Assembly: GCA_965153355.1 (NCBI GenBank) | Contig: OZ231126.1 | Span: 24,552,001-24,616,000, forward strand | Reading direction: 5' to 3' | DNA: 64,000 nt | DNA from: Flaccisagitta enflata | Lineage: Eukaryota | Part shown: positions 25,590-40,578 of the stretch, piece by piece | How the letters are laid out: each line of letters opens with the position of its first letter | How positions within the stretch are numbered: position 1 is the stretch's first letter | The notes under the pieces: generated by a model | Seen by the model: only the letters and a program-made list of their open reading frames with translations | The model's database searches: none | What the model was told of the DNA's origin: nothing | Translations under genes and position numbers: made by a program

Positions 25590-27531
25590 TTTTTGGGCAG
25601 CGGCCCCGAAGGGGATGAAGTCCTGTAGAACACAGGGGGACTTTCGTTTGTCTGTTCGTTCGTTAGTTCGTTTGTCCGTCCGTCCGTTCGTCCCCCCTCT
25701 CAGGCCCAAAATCAGCCCTCTCAGGCCTGAAATCAGCCCTCTCAAGCCTGAAATCAGCCCTCTCAAGCCTGAAATCAGCCCTCTCAGGCCTCAAATCAGC
25801 CTTCTCTAGCCTCAAATCAGCCTTCTCAAGCCTCTGAGTTGCCTTCTAGAGCCTTTTAATCAGCTCTCTCAGACCTTATTTTAGCCCTCTCAAGCCCCCT
25901 TACCCCTCTCAGATCTAAGAAACCCCTACTTCTACAGGACTTTGTCGCCTTCGGGGCCCCTCCAAGCTCTTTCAGACTCTTAATTTGCCTTCTCAAGCCC
26001 TCTCAAGCCTTGAATTGGCTCTCAAAGCTCTCTCAGACCTAATAGTAGCCCTCTCAAGCCTGAAATCAGCCCTCTCAAGCCTGAAATCAGCCCTCTCAAG
26101 CCTGAAATCAGCCCTCTCATGCCTGAAATCAGCCCTCTCAAGCCTCAAATCAGCCTCCTCTAGCCTCAAATCAGCCTTCTCAAGCCTCTAAGTTGCCTTC
26201 TAGAGCCTTTCAATCAGCTCTCTCAGACCTTATTTCAGCCCACTCAAGCCCCCTTACCCCTCTCAGATCTAAGAAACCCCTACTTCTGCAGGACTTCGTC
26301 TCCTTCGGGGCCCCTCCAAGCCCTTTCAGACTCTTAATTTCTCAAGCCTTGAATTGGCTCTCATAGCTCTCTCAGACCTAATTGTAGCCCTCTCAAGCCT
26401 AAAATCAGACCTCTCAAGCCTGAAATCAGCCCTCTCAAGCCTGAAATCAGCCCTCTCAAGCCTGAAATAAGCCCTCTCAGGTCTCAAGTCAGCCTTCTCT
26501 AGCCTCAAATCAGCCTTCTCAAGCCTCTAAGTTGCCATCTAGAGCCTTTCAATCAGCTCTCTCAGACCTTATTTTAGCCCTCTCAAACCCCCTTACCCCT
26601 CTCAGATCTAAGAAACCCCTACTTCTACAGGACTTCGTCTCCTTCGGGCCCCTCCTAGCCCTTTTTGGGCAGCAGCCCCGCAGGGGATGAAGTCCTGTAG
26701 AACACAGGGGGACTTTTGTTCGTCCATCCGTCCGTTCATGCGTCCCCCCCAGGCCCTCACAGGCCTGAAATCTGCCCTCTCAGGTCTAAAATCTGCCCTC
26801 TCAGGCCTGAAATATGCCCTCTCAGGCCTTGAATCTGCCCTCTCAGGCCTGAAAATTGACCATTCAGGCCTGTTATCTTTCCTCTCAGGCCTGAAATCTG
26901 CCCTCCCAGGCCTGAAATCTGCCCTCTCATATTCAAGGCCTGAGAGGGTGTCCCCCCCCAGGCCCTCTCAGGCCTTAAATCTGCCCTCTCAGGCCTAAAA
27001 TCTGCCCTCTCAGGCCTGATATCTGTCCTCTCAGGCCTTGAATCTGCCCTCTCAGGCCTGAAACTTGCCCTTTCAGGCCTGTTACCTGTCCTCTCAGGCC
27101 TGAAATCTGCCCTCACAGGCCTGAAATCTGCCCTGAGAGGGCAGATTTCAGGCCTGAGACGGCCTGGGGGGGCGGACGGACGGACGGACGGACAAACGAA
27201 AGTCCCCCTGTGTTCTACAGGACTTTGTCCCCTTCGGGGCCGCTGCCCTGCCTCTCATTCCGATTTACAACCATGCAAAGCAGGGCAACGAGTATCGCTG
27301 ACCACGTATTGCCCTTGGGTGACCTGTTAGACTCTTAATTTGCCTTCTCAAGCCCTCTCAAGCCTTGAATTGGCTCTCAAAGCTCTCTTAGACCTAATAG
27401 TAGCCCTCTCAAGCCTGAAATCACACCTCTCAAGCCTGAAAACAGCCCTCTCAAGCCTGAAATCAGCCCTCTCATGCCTGAAATCAGCCCTCTCAAGCCT
27501 GAAATAAGCCCTCTCAGGCCTCAAATCAGCC
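25590..27531 (+). mobile_element. Family C element with higher-order ~350-bp repeats of a 21-bp unit (GCCTGAAATCAGCCCTCTCAA); host of nested copies
   Basis: C head at 25590. Block AGACTCTTAATTT...GCCTTGAATTGGCTCTCA recurs at ~25974, ~26328 and ~27329. Confidence 0.8.
26662..27328 (+). mobile_element. Complete family C element nested in the preceding array
   Basis: TTTTTGGGCAGCAGCCCC head through TTGCCCTTGGGTGACCTGTT tail. The host unit GCCCTT|..AGACTCTTAATTT resumes immediately after. Confidence 0.88.
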
Positions 27532-27985
27532 TTTTGGGCAGCGGTCCCGAAGGGGACGAAGTCCTGTAGACCACAGGGGGACTTTCGTTTGTCCGTCCGT
27601 CCGTCCTTTCGTCCGTCCCCCCCTCATCAGGCCCCTCAGGCCTCAAATCTGGCCTGTTGGGCCTCAAATCTGTCCTCTCAGGCCTTAAGTCCAGCCTCTC
27701 AGGCCTCAAATCCAGCCTCTCAGGCCTCAAATCTGGCCTCTCAGGCCTCAAATCCAACCTCTCAGGCCTCAAACCTGACCTCAGTTTAGGCTCTTGAAAG
27801 CTTTCCGTCAGCCCTCTAAAACATCTCATCCTTTGTTCAGGCAGGACAAACGAAAGTCCCCCTGTGTTCTACAGGACTATGTCCCCTTCGGGACCGCTGC
27901 CCTGCTTCCCCCCACTCTGATTCACAATCACTCAAAGCAGGGCAACGGGTATCGCTGACCACATATTGCCCTTGGGCGACCTGTT
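27532..27985 (+). mobile_element. Complete family C element
   Basis: Head, 21-bp array, inverted subterminal block, tail TTGCCCTTGGGCGACCTGTT. Confidence 0.87.
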
Positions 27986-28092
27986 ATTTGTTATCCGTAC
28001 CCGCGATTCCATATCCGCGGATGTATAATCGGGCAGAATCAGGCCATGAGACGCACCCTTGCTTGCCCTTTCCAAGAAATCCCGTCGTTGAG

Positions 28093-28555
28093 TTTTTAGG
28101 CTGCAGCCCCTAAGGGGACGAAGTCCTGTAGAACACAGGGACTTTTGTTTGTTCGTTCATTTGTTTGTTTGTCCCCCCCCCCTCCATCAGGCCTCTCAGG
28201 CTTCAACTATGACCTTCCAGGCCTCAAAGTGAAACCAGGCCTCTCAGGCATCAACTCAGGCCTACAAGACATCAAATCTGGCTTCTCAGGCCTCAAATCT
28301 GGCCTTTCAGGCCTCAAAACCAAGCCTTTCAGGCCTTAGCCCTCTCGGAAATCTAATTAGACCTTTTAGGCCCTAAACAGCCATCTTTTGCCTCTGATAG
28401 GCTCTCTCAGGCCTCTGAATATCCCTTTTGGGCCTTAAATCCACCCTCTCAGACCACAAATCACAGACTGACAGTCAAGCAGAAGGGCGGATGAGGGACG
28501 AACAAAAGTCCCCATGTGTTCTACAGGACTTCGTTCTCTTCGGGGACCCTTCCCT
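28093..28555 (+). mobile_element. Degenerate family C element
   Basis: GGGGACGAAGTCCTGTAGAACACAGGG head and inverted TGTGTTCTACAGGACTTCGT. Confidence 0.75.
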
Positions 28556-28754
28556 TCTACCCCCACCAAAATTCGTTGGGGTTTTCGTTGCAACACATCC
28601 GAGGTAACGTGATCAAAAGTTTTATTGAGATTGTAAAAGTTTCAGTCATTAAAGAGCAAACATTGCGATTGCATCGCCTTCTCACAAGTCTTGAGTAAAA
28701 CATTATGAAATCGGTAAAGGACGAAACCTTTAGAATTGATAGCTGCAGTATGCA

Positions 28755-29025
28755 AACAAGTGACGCGGGGTCACAATTTCGTTGCGGATGGGTGGGCAGG
28801 GGCATCCAACACCCAGCCTCACCCCAACCACACCTCCAACCACCCTCCAACACACTCACACACAAAGAATTCCAACTGCAGCATTATACATACTTTTTTT
28901 TTTTTTGGGCATTTTCAACTCAAGCGTGACAACTCGAGCGTGACGGACGGACCAACGGACCAACGGACCGACGGACCGACGGACAGACATAGCCTCTTAT
29001 AGAGTTGCGTGTCCGCAACTAAAAA
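28755..29025 (-). mobile_element. HINE family A element
   Basis: AACAAGTGACGCGGGGTCAC...GAGTTGCGTGTCCGCAACTAAAAA. Confidence 0.87.
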
Positions 29026-29498
29026 GTAAGTCAAATTAAATCATTTCATGATGTTGGTCGAACACCTGGTTTTCGAGGGCCACAAGGCGGCCGGCTCTAG
29101 CTTTAAAACTTTCATGATTGCTCGAAAATTCATTAGGAAATGTTGAAAAAACTTTATCTTGACCCTTCAATTTATTCAAAAGCATACATGTAGAAGAGAA
29201 CAGAATGGATCAGACATCAATAGATGTGTGATTGTCTGAAGCAGATAGTAACCACTGCGTGTGCGATTGCATGATAGATCTTAAGAGATGAATGCCTACG
29301 ACAGTCAGAGAGAAAGCGTAGATTAGGAAGCAGAGGCGTAAAATGGGGAGAAAACGGGATTAAGGATGCGTCTCGTCGCGGCAGGACTTGATATGGGGCA
29401 AAAAACGACGGCAGGGGGACCATATTGATTAACGAGACAAATCCTGAAATGCGGAGGACGAAGGGGGAGGGTATCAGTGTGTCTGTGGTTTGACTAAT

Positions 29499-29539
<41 letters not shown>

Positions 29540-31207
29540 CAAACAGTCAGACTCAGATAGATAGTTGAAAAAACTGTGAGACAGCCTGACAGACTGTCAG
29601 CCGGACTGACAGAGAGACAGAAAGACTGAGAGACAGACAGACACAGAAAGACAGACAGAAAGACAGTCATTCAGTAAAGCAGACAGTTAATCAAAAGGAT
29701 AGATACTTACACAGTATGATAGTTCGATGCTGTTGGGACAATCATTTCGAATTGATAGGCAGACCGAAAATCTGCGACAATATGTGACAGAGGAGAAGAT
29801 ACCGACGGATGCGTTTAAGCACAGATAAAAGAGTCAGACATACAGACACAAAGTTTGGGAGTGCTGGAGAGGGGAGTGGGAGGAGGTTAGATATGAGAGA
29901 TGATGGAGTGGAGCTGGTATTCGTCATACAGTGAAACAGAGGGAGAAAAATAGAGAGCAAGAGAACGAGAGATAAGATAAAAGGGGTTAGACCGAAATTG
30001 GGTCAAAGGGTTGGAGAAGCTCTAATAGATAGATTGGCCAACGTGAGATGAGAAGATCCATCAAATCACAAACGCCAGCTGAACCTAACCTAGTTCTTTC
30101 CCTCTCTGATGTGTGTTTTCTTTTTCCTTTTTTTTTTAGTTTTGACGTTGGATTTGCAGCTGCGTGGGAGGTGACTGTGGGTTTTTTTTGGATTTCTTTT
30201 CTTTTTTTGCATACATTAGCGCTGTGACCGTTTGCATGATAAACCAAACATGTGTGTGTGTGGCACACTCTGTTCATTTGGGGGAAAGGGGGAAATGCCA
30301 GGTCCCAAGAAGTATTAGATGTCTCATGGCCGATCTCGCATTTTATCATTGGCTGAAGATTGTTACGATTGGTGGATAAACAACTGATTTCATTCGAAGT
30401 CATTTTGAAAATTTTAGTATGTCTGCCTGTCAGTCTTTCCGACCTTTTGTGAAAATGCTGATGCACGCGACTTTGACCTAATGACCTTGTTTGACGGCGT
30501 TCATTTCAAAACACATCCAATATGTCTAGGGCATTGACTGTGGAGAGCTTGTGGTGATGTTGTTCCAAACCATTTACGCAAGTTGTTTTGGCCCTGCTAT
30601 TGATGTTTTCTTGTGTAGTTGCAAGTTGTCTTTTTGACTCTACATTTCCTCAATTGGATTAAGATCCGGATTGGTCTGGCCAAACCTGGAAGAGTTTAGC
30701 TCATTGATTTTGATGGTATTTATCTGTACATTTGGTGCGGTGCACCAGCTCGCCGTCTTTTGTGGCCCCCCCACCCCCCCCCCCAAAAAAAAAAAAAAAA
30801 ATTCACTCACGTCACTAGCTAAACGCAAATATTCCTTCATTTAGCTTTCTTTTCTAAACGAATGAAGATACAGGAACCAACTTGGTTCTATTTTAGAAGA
30901 TTTTTTGCAGATTCGAATTTTGAAAAAAAAATCATCTCACTGCTTACGAAATTAAGCGAGTTGTGATGCTTTAAAGCTGTCCGTATATCTATGACCAAGA
31001 TAATAATAGTTCTGTCGGAAGCTCATCGAGATGATTTTTGGGTGTAGTGAGGGATATTGTCCCACTAGTCTTAGCCTCTTAGGTAGTCGCCCGGTTCGGC
31101 TTCGGAATGCGGCCTCAATCTGACAGCAACCTCATTGCAATTGCGGTTGGACGACATCTTTCGGTTCCATGCGTGAACCTTAAAAGAAAGTGAGACAGAG
31201 ACTGAGT

Positions 31208-31251
<44 letters not shown>

Positions 31252-31491
31252 ATTATCACGTGGGCAGCGACCAAATTCAACCCCGAGTTTTCGGTGCCAC
31301 TGGTCACGTGACCTCATCTGAGTCACGGTCCATCAGCAGCAATTTGCAGCGGAAACAGCAGGTGCTGCAGCAGGCGATGCTACAAATCCATCATCAGCAG
31401 CAATGACTACAAGCCAAGAGTTGTTGAATGTAAAAGAAAGAGGGAGCTAGGTGGACGGGAAGACTGCCAGTAAGTGTCAGATGGAGGAGAG

Positions 31492-31494
<3 letters not shown>

Positions 31495-31570
<76 letters not shown>

Positions 31571-31587
31571 CATCTTCTTCTTCTTCT

Positions 31588-31622
<35 letters not shown>

Positions 31623-31640
31623 TTCTTCTTCTACTTCTTC

Positions 31641-31672
<32 letters not shown>

Positions 31673-31963
31673 CTTCTTCTTCTTCTTCTTCTTCTTCTTC
31701 TTCTTCTTCTTCTTCTTCTTCTTCTTCTTCTTGTTCTTCTTGTTCTTCTTGTTCTGCTTCTTCTTCTTTTTCTTCTTCTTCTTCTTCTTCTTCTTCTTCT
31801 TCTTCTTCTTCTTCTTCTTCTTCTTCTTTTTCCTTTTCCTTTTCCTTTTCCTTTTCCTTTTCTTTTTCTTTTTCTTTTTCTCGTTCTTTTTCTTTTTTTT
31901 TCTTTTTCTTTTTCTTTTTCTTTTTCTTTTTCTTCTCCTTTTTCCTTTTTTTCTTCTTTTTCT

Positions 31964-32002
<39 letters not shown>

Positions 32003-32015
32003 TTCTCCTCTTCTA
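31495..32015. repeat. (GA)n then (TTC)n/(TTTTCC)n/(TTTTTC)n
   Basis: Direct. Confidence 0.97.
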
Positions 32016-32577
32016 TCTTCATTGCCCGAAGACCATTAGCTGAATTTATAATGGAAAAATAACATTAAGTTCCCCTCTCTGCAGGCGGCTCATCAGTATG
32101 AATAACATATCTCTATCATTTGATATGATCATCATCCTCGTCATCTTCGCGAGCGTACAGTAATGATGCTTTTTCCTAATGATGTGGCAGATGATGAAAT
32201 CCACTCAATTCCGGCACAACTCGTTTTTTTTTTTCATTCTTTCCCCTTTCTTCATCTTCTTTATTTCACTTCCTTTTATTTCACTTCCTTTTATTTATCA
32301 ATGTTCTTTTGAAATGTGTTTATAGCGCATGTTCTGAAATCTAACCAACTAACGGATCCATGCATGCATGGGCCCATGGCGGACGAAGGGCCGCCCTAAA
32401 TGTACGTGTGTCACTGAAAGTAGCTCGGGTGGCGACATAAACCTCTCTGCCGTATCCTGGTGGAGATTACATCACAGATTCTTTTTTTTTTTTTTAAGTA
32501 TTCTGAAACGCCAAAAATCGTTTCATAACGCACAAATAACGATTTATTGTGACAAAATTTGCCTAAGAAAAAAAAAA

Positions 32578-32705
32578 GCCCACAATTGCAAACCCACAAG
32601 CAAACAATCCTACAAACCCACAAGCCCGCAGGCCCACAAGCCCTCAAGCCCGCAGACCCACAAGCCCACAAGTCCACAAGCCCACAAGCCCGCAAGCCCA
32701 CAAGT
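32578..32705. repeat. 8-bp tandem repeat (CCCACAAG)n
   Basis: Periodic CCCRCAAG units. Confidence 0.85.
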
Positions 32706-33009
32706 ATCGTATCTACACGCAAATGTCGCCCTCTTATCGCGTCCGCGTCGAAAAGTCCGAGTCGTAAATCGCCAAACTTGACGCAGTCGTAAATTTCCGA
32801 CGTTGACGAAACTCATTTACGCCTCGTAAATAAATATATTTTGACGAGTCCAGACACTGCCCCCTCTTTTTCCAGTTCTTATGCATGATGTCAATGTTGC
32901 CGTCGTTGCTGTTGTTTATGTCATCGCCCACGATGCCGTTTTTTGTTGTCGCGTGTCGTTTTCCTCGACTTCATCGCGAGAGAGGTTGTTGTTGTTGTTT
33001 TTGTCGCGG

Positions 33010-33069
<60 letters not shown>

Positions 33070-33694
33070 TTGTCGTCATCCCTATCCCAAGCTTTGCAAC
33101 TTTGTTTCACCCAGACGCCGTTTTCAGTCTGGTATCTATACCATTACTTAGTCCCAGATCGCATTTCCTCACCCCCGCAAAGGCTACCAACTGCTCCCAT
33201 ATTCTATTCAATTCCCTCGACACTTTTTTGACTCCCTCATCCGCCGCGCCGACGCGAATTCCTCAACAGGAAGTCAAATCCGTTTTTGCGTCCCGATGGA
33301 ATTTAGATGACGATGGAATCGGATGGATTCTAACCATCTTTTTTTCGTGTGTGTGGATGTTGTTGTGATTTCCATGGTTGGGTGAGGTGCGATGAGATAC
33401 TACCGTGGCCCTTGGACTCTTGTAGTGACAACGTGTTACGAAATTAAGAAACCATCAAATGTTGGTATAATTGGTTGGTATAATTTCTTCGCTTCTCATT
33501 CGCAACATTTACTGTACCTTTACAATTACTTAAGAACTCTGCCTTGCAAGAATGGAAAAACGTGATGAATCTGTTTGGTTTGATGCCAGGAAAATATGGA
33601 GATTCTCTCCTGAGCTGCGTTGTTTGTGAAACAAAATCCGAAGTCTTAGAACCATCGCGGACTTCAAATTCGTCATCCGTTTTAGAAGGTCGTA

Positions 33695-34536
<842 letters not shown>

Positions 34537-34886
34537 GTTCTCTTCTTCTCTCCCTCCCCCTTGTCATATCGACCAGAGTCGAATGGTAGTTTATGCGGGG
34601 AAAATGTCAAAAATGGACATAAATTCCGTGGGTCTCCTCCTCCTCCTCCTCCTCCTCCACCTCCTTTCCCTCCGCCTACGGAGCCACGGCTAGCGACCCT
34701 GGCAGCCCGAAAGAAACCACCCCCATATTCTGGCCCCTGCGCGCGGCATGGCGTCGTCGTTATCGTTATCATCGTCACAACCGTCGCTCTCATCGTCATT
34801 TTCGTCATCACCGTCTTCCTCATTCTTCGTCATCGTCGTCATTTCTCGTCGTCATCATCGTCGTCGTCATCGTTTCAGAGGGGTTG

Positions 34887-34991
<105 letters not shown>

Positions 34992-35453
34992 AGTCTTGAC
35001 TTGGTTGTCATCTTTTGAGTGTGGATTCTGAAATTTACGACCGACAGAGAAGAAGGAACAGAAGAAGAGGAGGAATAAGATGAGGAAGGGGAGGAGGAAG
35101 AGGAAAATGGAGGAAGAGGATGGGGAGGAGGAGTAGTAGGAGGGACGTTGAAAGTCGTAACTTATCCTCCAGTTGATTTTATTCTCAAGTCCTAATTGAG
35201 GAGATTAGCAAAATATTCTGGAATGACGTGTAAAGAGTATAAATCAGCAGTAAAGTGAAGGAATGGTGCTGGGTTTTGGGGAGCTATTCATTTCTTTGGT
35301 TCATTCAATTCTGCTTATTTGGTATAAATTGATTGTCTTCTTTCGAAACAAGTTTGCAGAAGAATGCCGTCCAATCTCATACGTTTTAGCTATTGCGTCA
35401 TACAGAGGGAGAATTAGGAAAAGACAACCAGAGAAGAAGAGAGCTACAGAGAA

Positions 35454-35880
<427 letters not shown>

Positions 35881-36319
35881 ATTCATCAAAACAGAAAGAA
35901 ACACCCATCAAAAAGAAAAAAAAAGAAAGAGAAAGAGAAAAAGTACTGACAGAAAGATAGCCTAAACGGAAGAAGAAGAAACATGTACAGAAACTTATCT
36001 AGACAGACAGAGAAAATGACAGAGATAGTGCTGGGTAGATCCATCACTACGCCAGATGTCATCGCGACCCGGGAATAATAAATTGTAGCCAACTGCTCTC
36101 TTCCCTTTACTTTTTTCTTTTTCAATCTTTTGCTTTCCTCTCAATTGTTTTTATCTTGTTCTTACTTTTTTTTGGGGGGGGGGGGACTGTTTTTCTTAAT
36201 TTTCGTTTTTCCCGTCAGGCGGCTTTTGTTGTTTTCAACAGTTTCCTCCCGATTCATCTTCATGTTCGGCATCATGTTCGCTTTTAAAATGCCGTGTTTG
36301 AAATAACTCGAGTGCCGCG

Positions 36320-36552
36320 TTTTTAGCTGCGAACACGAAACTCTATAAGAGGCTTTGTCCGTCCATCTGTCGGTCTGTCGGTCTGTCGGTCTATATTCAT
36401 CAAGTTGGAAAGAGTGAAAATGCGCCTTTATGATTCTGCAGTTGTGATTGTCTGTGTGTGTCAGTGTGTGCGGGGTGGATGGGGTTGTGGATGGGGGTTG
36501 TGCGCCCCTGCCCACCCGTCCACAACGATATTGTGACCCCGCGTCACTTGTT
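36320..36552 (+). mobile_element. HINE family A element
   Basis: Mutated head, canonical GTGACCCCGCGTCACTTGTT tail. Confidence 0.83.
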
Positions 36553-37038
36553 CATTCACACTTGGCCATTGGACATTTTCCATCCTTATACGTTTTCAAT
36601 CGGGCGCTACGCGACTCAAGAAAACTCATTTCTCCGTCCGTCTGTCTGTCCCTCCATCCATCCGTCCATAAGTATGTCACTCATATTCGTTTTATGTGTT
36701 TTTGTTTCTTTGAACAGGATTTACATGATTGTTTGAAGTGTCTCTTGTCAATTTTTGTTATGTCTGTAAAAATGTTTTGTTTGCTCTAATAGTTTTGATC
36801 TTAGCCTGAATGTCATCTGACAGATGGCATCATTCTTGATCAGGGCGTTTTCGTTGAATATTTTTACATGAATTATATCCGATAAAAATTACGCGTTCAA
36901 AAGCACTTTTGTAGATATTTTACTTCTCGAGAAATCTACGGAATGATAAATCCAACATCTCTTCTCTAGGTACTGAAATTGGTCATAGCTATCTTGTCGT
37001 TTTCCCCTCCCTCGACAGGTGCCACACATGATGGATAA

Positions 37039-37876
37039 TCGGGAAAAAAGTTGAAGTCAGTCTTCGACTTTTTGACATATTCGAGAGAAACGGGGTTTTC
37101 ATTTTCTTATGAGAAAGTTGAAGGTCTCCTAGGGCAGATTGGGGCCTCCAATGAAATTGATAGGGTAAGTAAATTCTCTTTCATTTGGCGCCAAGCAGAA
37201 TGCTCTACGACAAATACTTTTCGCGCTATGATTTTTTAAAGATTTATTTACGAAAAATTCAAATGGGATTTTTTTTCGATTTTTTTTTATTTTGTGTAAG
37301 ATCAATAAGGGAGTCTATTCATGTTTATTTGAGCATGCAAATACAAAAAAAATGTTTATGAGCACAGCTGCTCATCTTTGAGGGCGTTTTTGAGCATTTT
37401 AGCTCATTTAGCTCACTTAGCTCAGTCTGTTTTTTCTGATTTTAAATACAATAAATGAATGAATATTTTCATACTTGCTTAAGCAAGCAAATACAAAAAA
37501 TATGTCAGTGAGCAGAGCTGCTCATCTATGAGAGTGTTTTTAAGTATTCTAGCTCATTTAGCTCATTTAGCTAGCTCTTTTTCTCTGATTTGAAATAGGA
37601 TAAATAAAATAATGTTTTGATTTAAGCATGCAGATACAAGAAAGCATGTCAGTAAGCAAAGCTGGTTGTCTGGATGAATTATTTTGAATATTTTAGCTCA
37701 TCTAGCTCATTTGGCTCGGTTCTATTTTTCTCTGATTTTCAGTGCAATCAATACATACAATTGCTTTTGATTTGATCTAATAAATAAAAAAAATTCCATG
37801 ACTGAAGACAAAAGCAGGGTGAAAAGTGACCAATGCTTACGACTTTTTTCCTCACGGCGACAGCCGCCATTACTGG
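37039..37876 (+). mobile_element. Non-autonomous Helitron/Helentron-like element, ~840 bp (copy 1)
   Basis: A|TCGGGAAAAAAG start with 5' hairpin, about four internal ~115-bp repeats containing TAGCTCATT, 3' CGACTTTTTTCC, GGCGACAGCCGCC hairpin, end CTGG|T. Confidence 0.8.
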
Positions 37877-38484
37877 TATCATAATCTTGTGAGTTTTAAT
37901 TAGGATAAAATGTTGTTCTCAACATGCACCCTTTTCACCCGGAATGGCAGTCCATCGTCCACGCCACGGAGCTATCGGCACACACCACTTGCTGTCCCGA
38001 GAGAGTGCCCACTGCCCATTCGGGGCACGGCTATGAAATAGACCAACTTCGCAATGATTACGAGGACAGCGCGCTTAGAGCGGAACCTATTCATAATTCT
38101 GAAAGTTAACCAATTTCTAGTAAAAATTGTAAAATTTCAATAGTCTGCAAATGTAATGATAAATTTCTGTAGGTGTAGTATTAAAACTATCAATATGCAA
38201 CCAAAAAAAAAAAAAAAATTTCGAATTGAAATTTCTGTGCGTTGAATTTTTTGAGATCTATACAGTAAAATGATTAACAAATCAATATGCAAATAAGATC
38301 ATTGATCAATTTGAGATTCGCTGCAGCAATCAAAGATGAAATCAGGATTTCTTATCTGGTCAGTGTAAGACTCAAGGGGTAACTGATCAGTGAAAAGCAC
38401 AATGATGGAAATAGAGAGCTTTAGAATATTCGTTGTCTGATAAGAAGTCGCACCCGTGCCAATCAATAAGAAAATTCTAAAACA

Positions 38485-38690
<206 letters not shown>

Positions 38691-40010
38691 AGTTAATCTT
38701 TTTCTCTCTAACGATTTCACGTTCGCATCGCAGATCTTCATTAAAATTACTGCTTCAAAAGGTTTTCGTCTCATTAAGAGAGATTTTAATGAGAGTAGAA
38801 TCCGAGGCAGTCAAGAGAGAAAGGGAAGAGAGGGAAAGATAGAAACGACGACAAGAGTTAGGAAAGGACGGGAAGGGGAGTTGAACAATTGTATGAGAGA
38901 TTCCCGTTCCTAGGATATGGCGAGGAGAATATTGATAAATGTAAATACAGAGACAGACCGCATAGAAAGCGATGCGATGTTTAATTCATGAAGCATTTGT
39001 CTTAGGGCAATATGGAGTCAGCGATAACCGTTGCCTTACATTGCAAGATTGTGATCGTTTGTAAGAGAAAGCAGGGCAGCGGCCCCGAAGGAATCTTGCG
39101 GTTTCAAGACAGTGGGCGTAGGTTCTGTCGGAGCCCTTTGGATTGCTGATTTGAGGGCTCACGGCTGAATTAAAGCTTCGGAAAGCTGATAAAGTGTCTG
39201 TGTGGTCTGTTTAAAACTGGGAAAAAAGCTCATTTGCTGCCTTCAGTCTGTGAGGGTGGATAAGGGGCTTGAAAGGACTGATTGGATTGATTGAAAATTG
39301 AAAATGTGACAGCTGTGTTTGGGAGAATTTAGTATTGGGACTTCAGATCAGATTTCAGGCATGACAACAGGGAATTTAGCTAATGTTAGTGGGGGAATTA
39401 ACTAAGCTTGGAGAGCAAAATATTCTCTCTACCATATCCTGGGGGCGGTCAAAATGCGTAATGGACCATATTGCAACAATGTGAAACAAGAAACAGACCA
39501 AAAATTTCCACAAAGGGGCGCCGCAATCGACATTTTTGCGGCAACTCAAAAATGCTGCAAAAAGCTAAAAAAGCAACGTTAGAAGCATTGTGTCACCAAC
39601 ATCGCTTTAATTCTTTTACATATTTGAGTAAAAAATTAAATCATATCATGTCTTTAAGGCTTGTTAGATATCATGCAATGATGAAAAATGATCTGTACTA
39701 CGTTGAATGTGAGAGGTTGCAGCAAGTTGCAGCATTAAATGCCCAAGTTTGTCGCAAATTGAATATTTTTAGCTTGTACCGCTTTTGTCGGCCAAGTAGT
39801 GTAATAGGAATTCAAGAAATTCATTGTTTGTTTACCTAATGAGTTATAACACCTGCATTGCAACTTTTGGGATTTAGGGCAACTTGCAGCAATTGCAGCA
39901 AAAACAAATAAACTCCTGCAGCAACTTGATAAAAGCTATAAAAATCATTCACCTACTTGATTTTTGCAAGTAACGAGGATTCGCCAAAAAACCAGGCCAA
40001 ATTAAGGCTA

Positions 40011-40101
<91 letters not shown>

Positions 40102-40578
40102 GGGCTATCTAGATGAACAGATGGTCAAACCAACTAATGGACAAAGTGACGGACGCATGACCAATAGATGAACCCTCGGACAAAGCCTTTTTCAAAGACG
40201 CGGGTGCACGACCTAAAAGAGAAATAGATCGACGCGTTTTTTTAAGCTTCAAACTTGTAGAATTCTTTTTGCTGAATTACTCGTTATAACATGTATATTG
40301 ACAAGGAAAAGTCTTATATTAATCCAAAAAATATTCCATTTTACTGACTGGCCAACCAAGGGGTGGGTGGAAAGACTGACGAAGCATGTGATTACTTAAA
40401 CTGGAAACGATCAGACTGAGGGCTTTACACAAGACAATCTCATTTTGAACGGGTTACTAGGTTGCTTGTTATTTTCATTTGCTCACCCCGCTCGCTTGCC
40501 CTGCTCTTATTCTTGACTTGCTCTGTTCACTGGTTTGCTCACTCACTTTGATGACTCCCTTGTGGGACAACTGATTTA

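Noticed and set aside
25459..28339. ORFs with RPERADF / LKSALSG periodicity resembling leucine-rich or coiled-coil proteins
   Set aside because: Translations of the family C 21-bp minisatellite.
39471..39839. 122-aa non-repetitive ORF
   Set aside because: Non-ATG start, AT-rich, and no recognisable motif; likely a decayed repeat interior.
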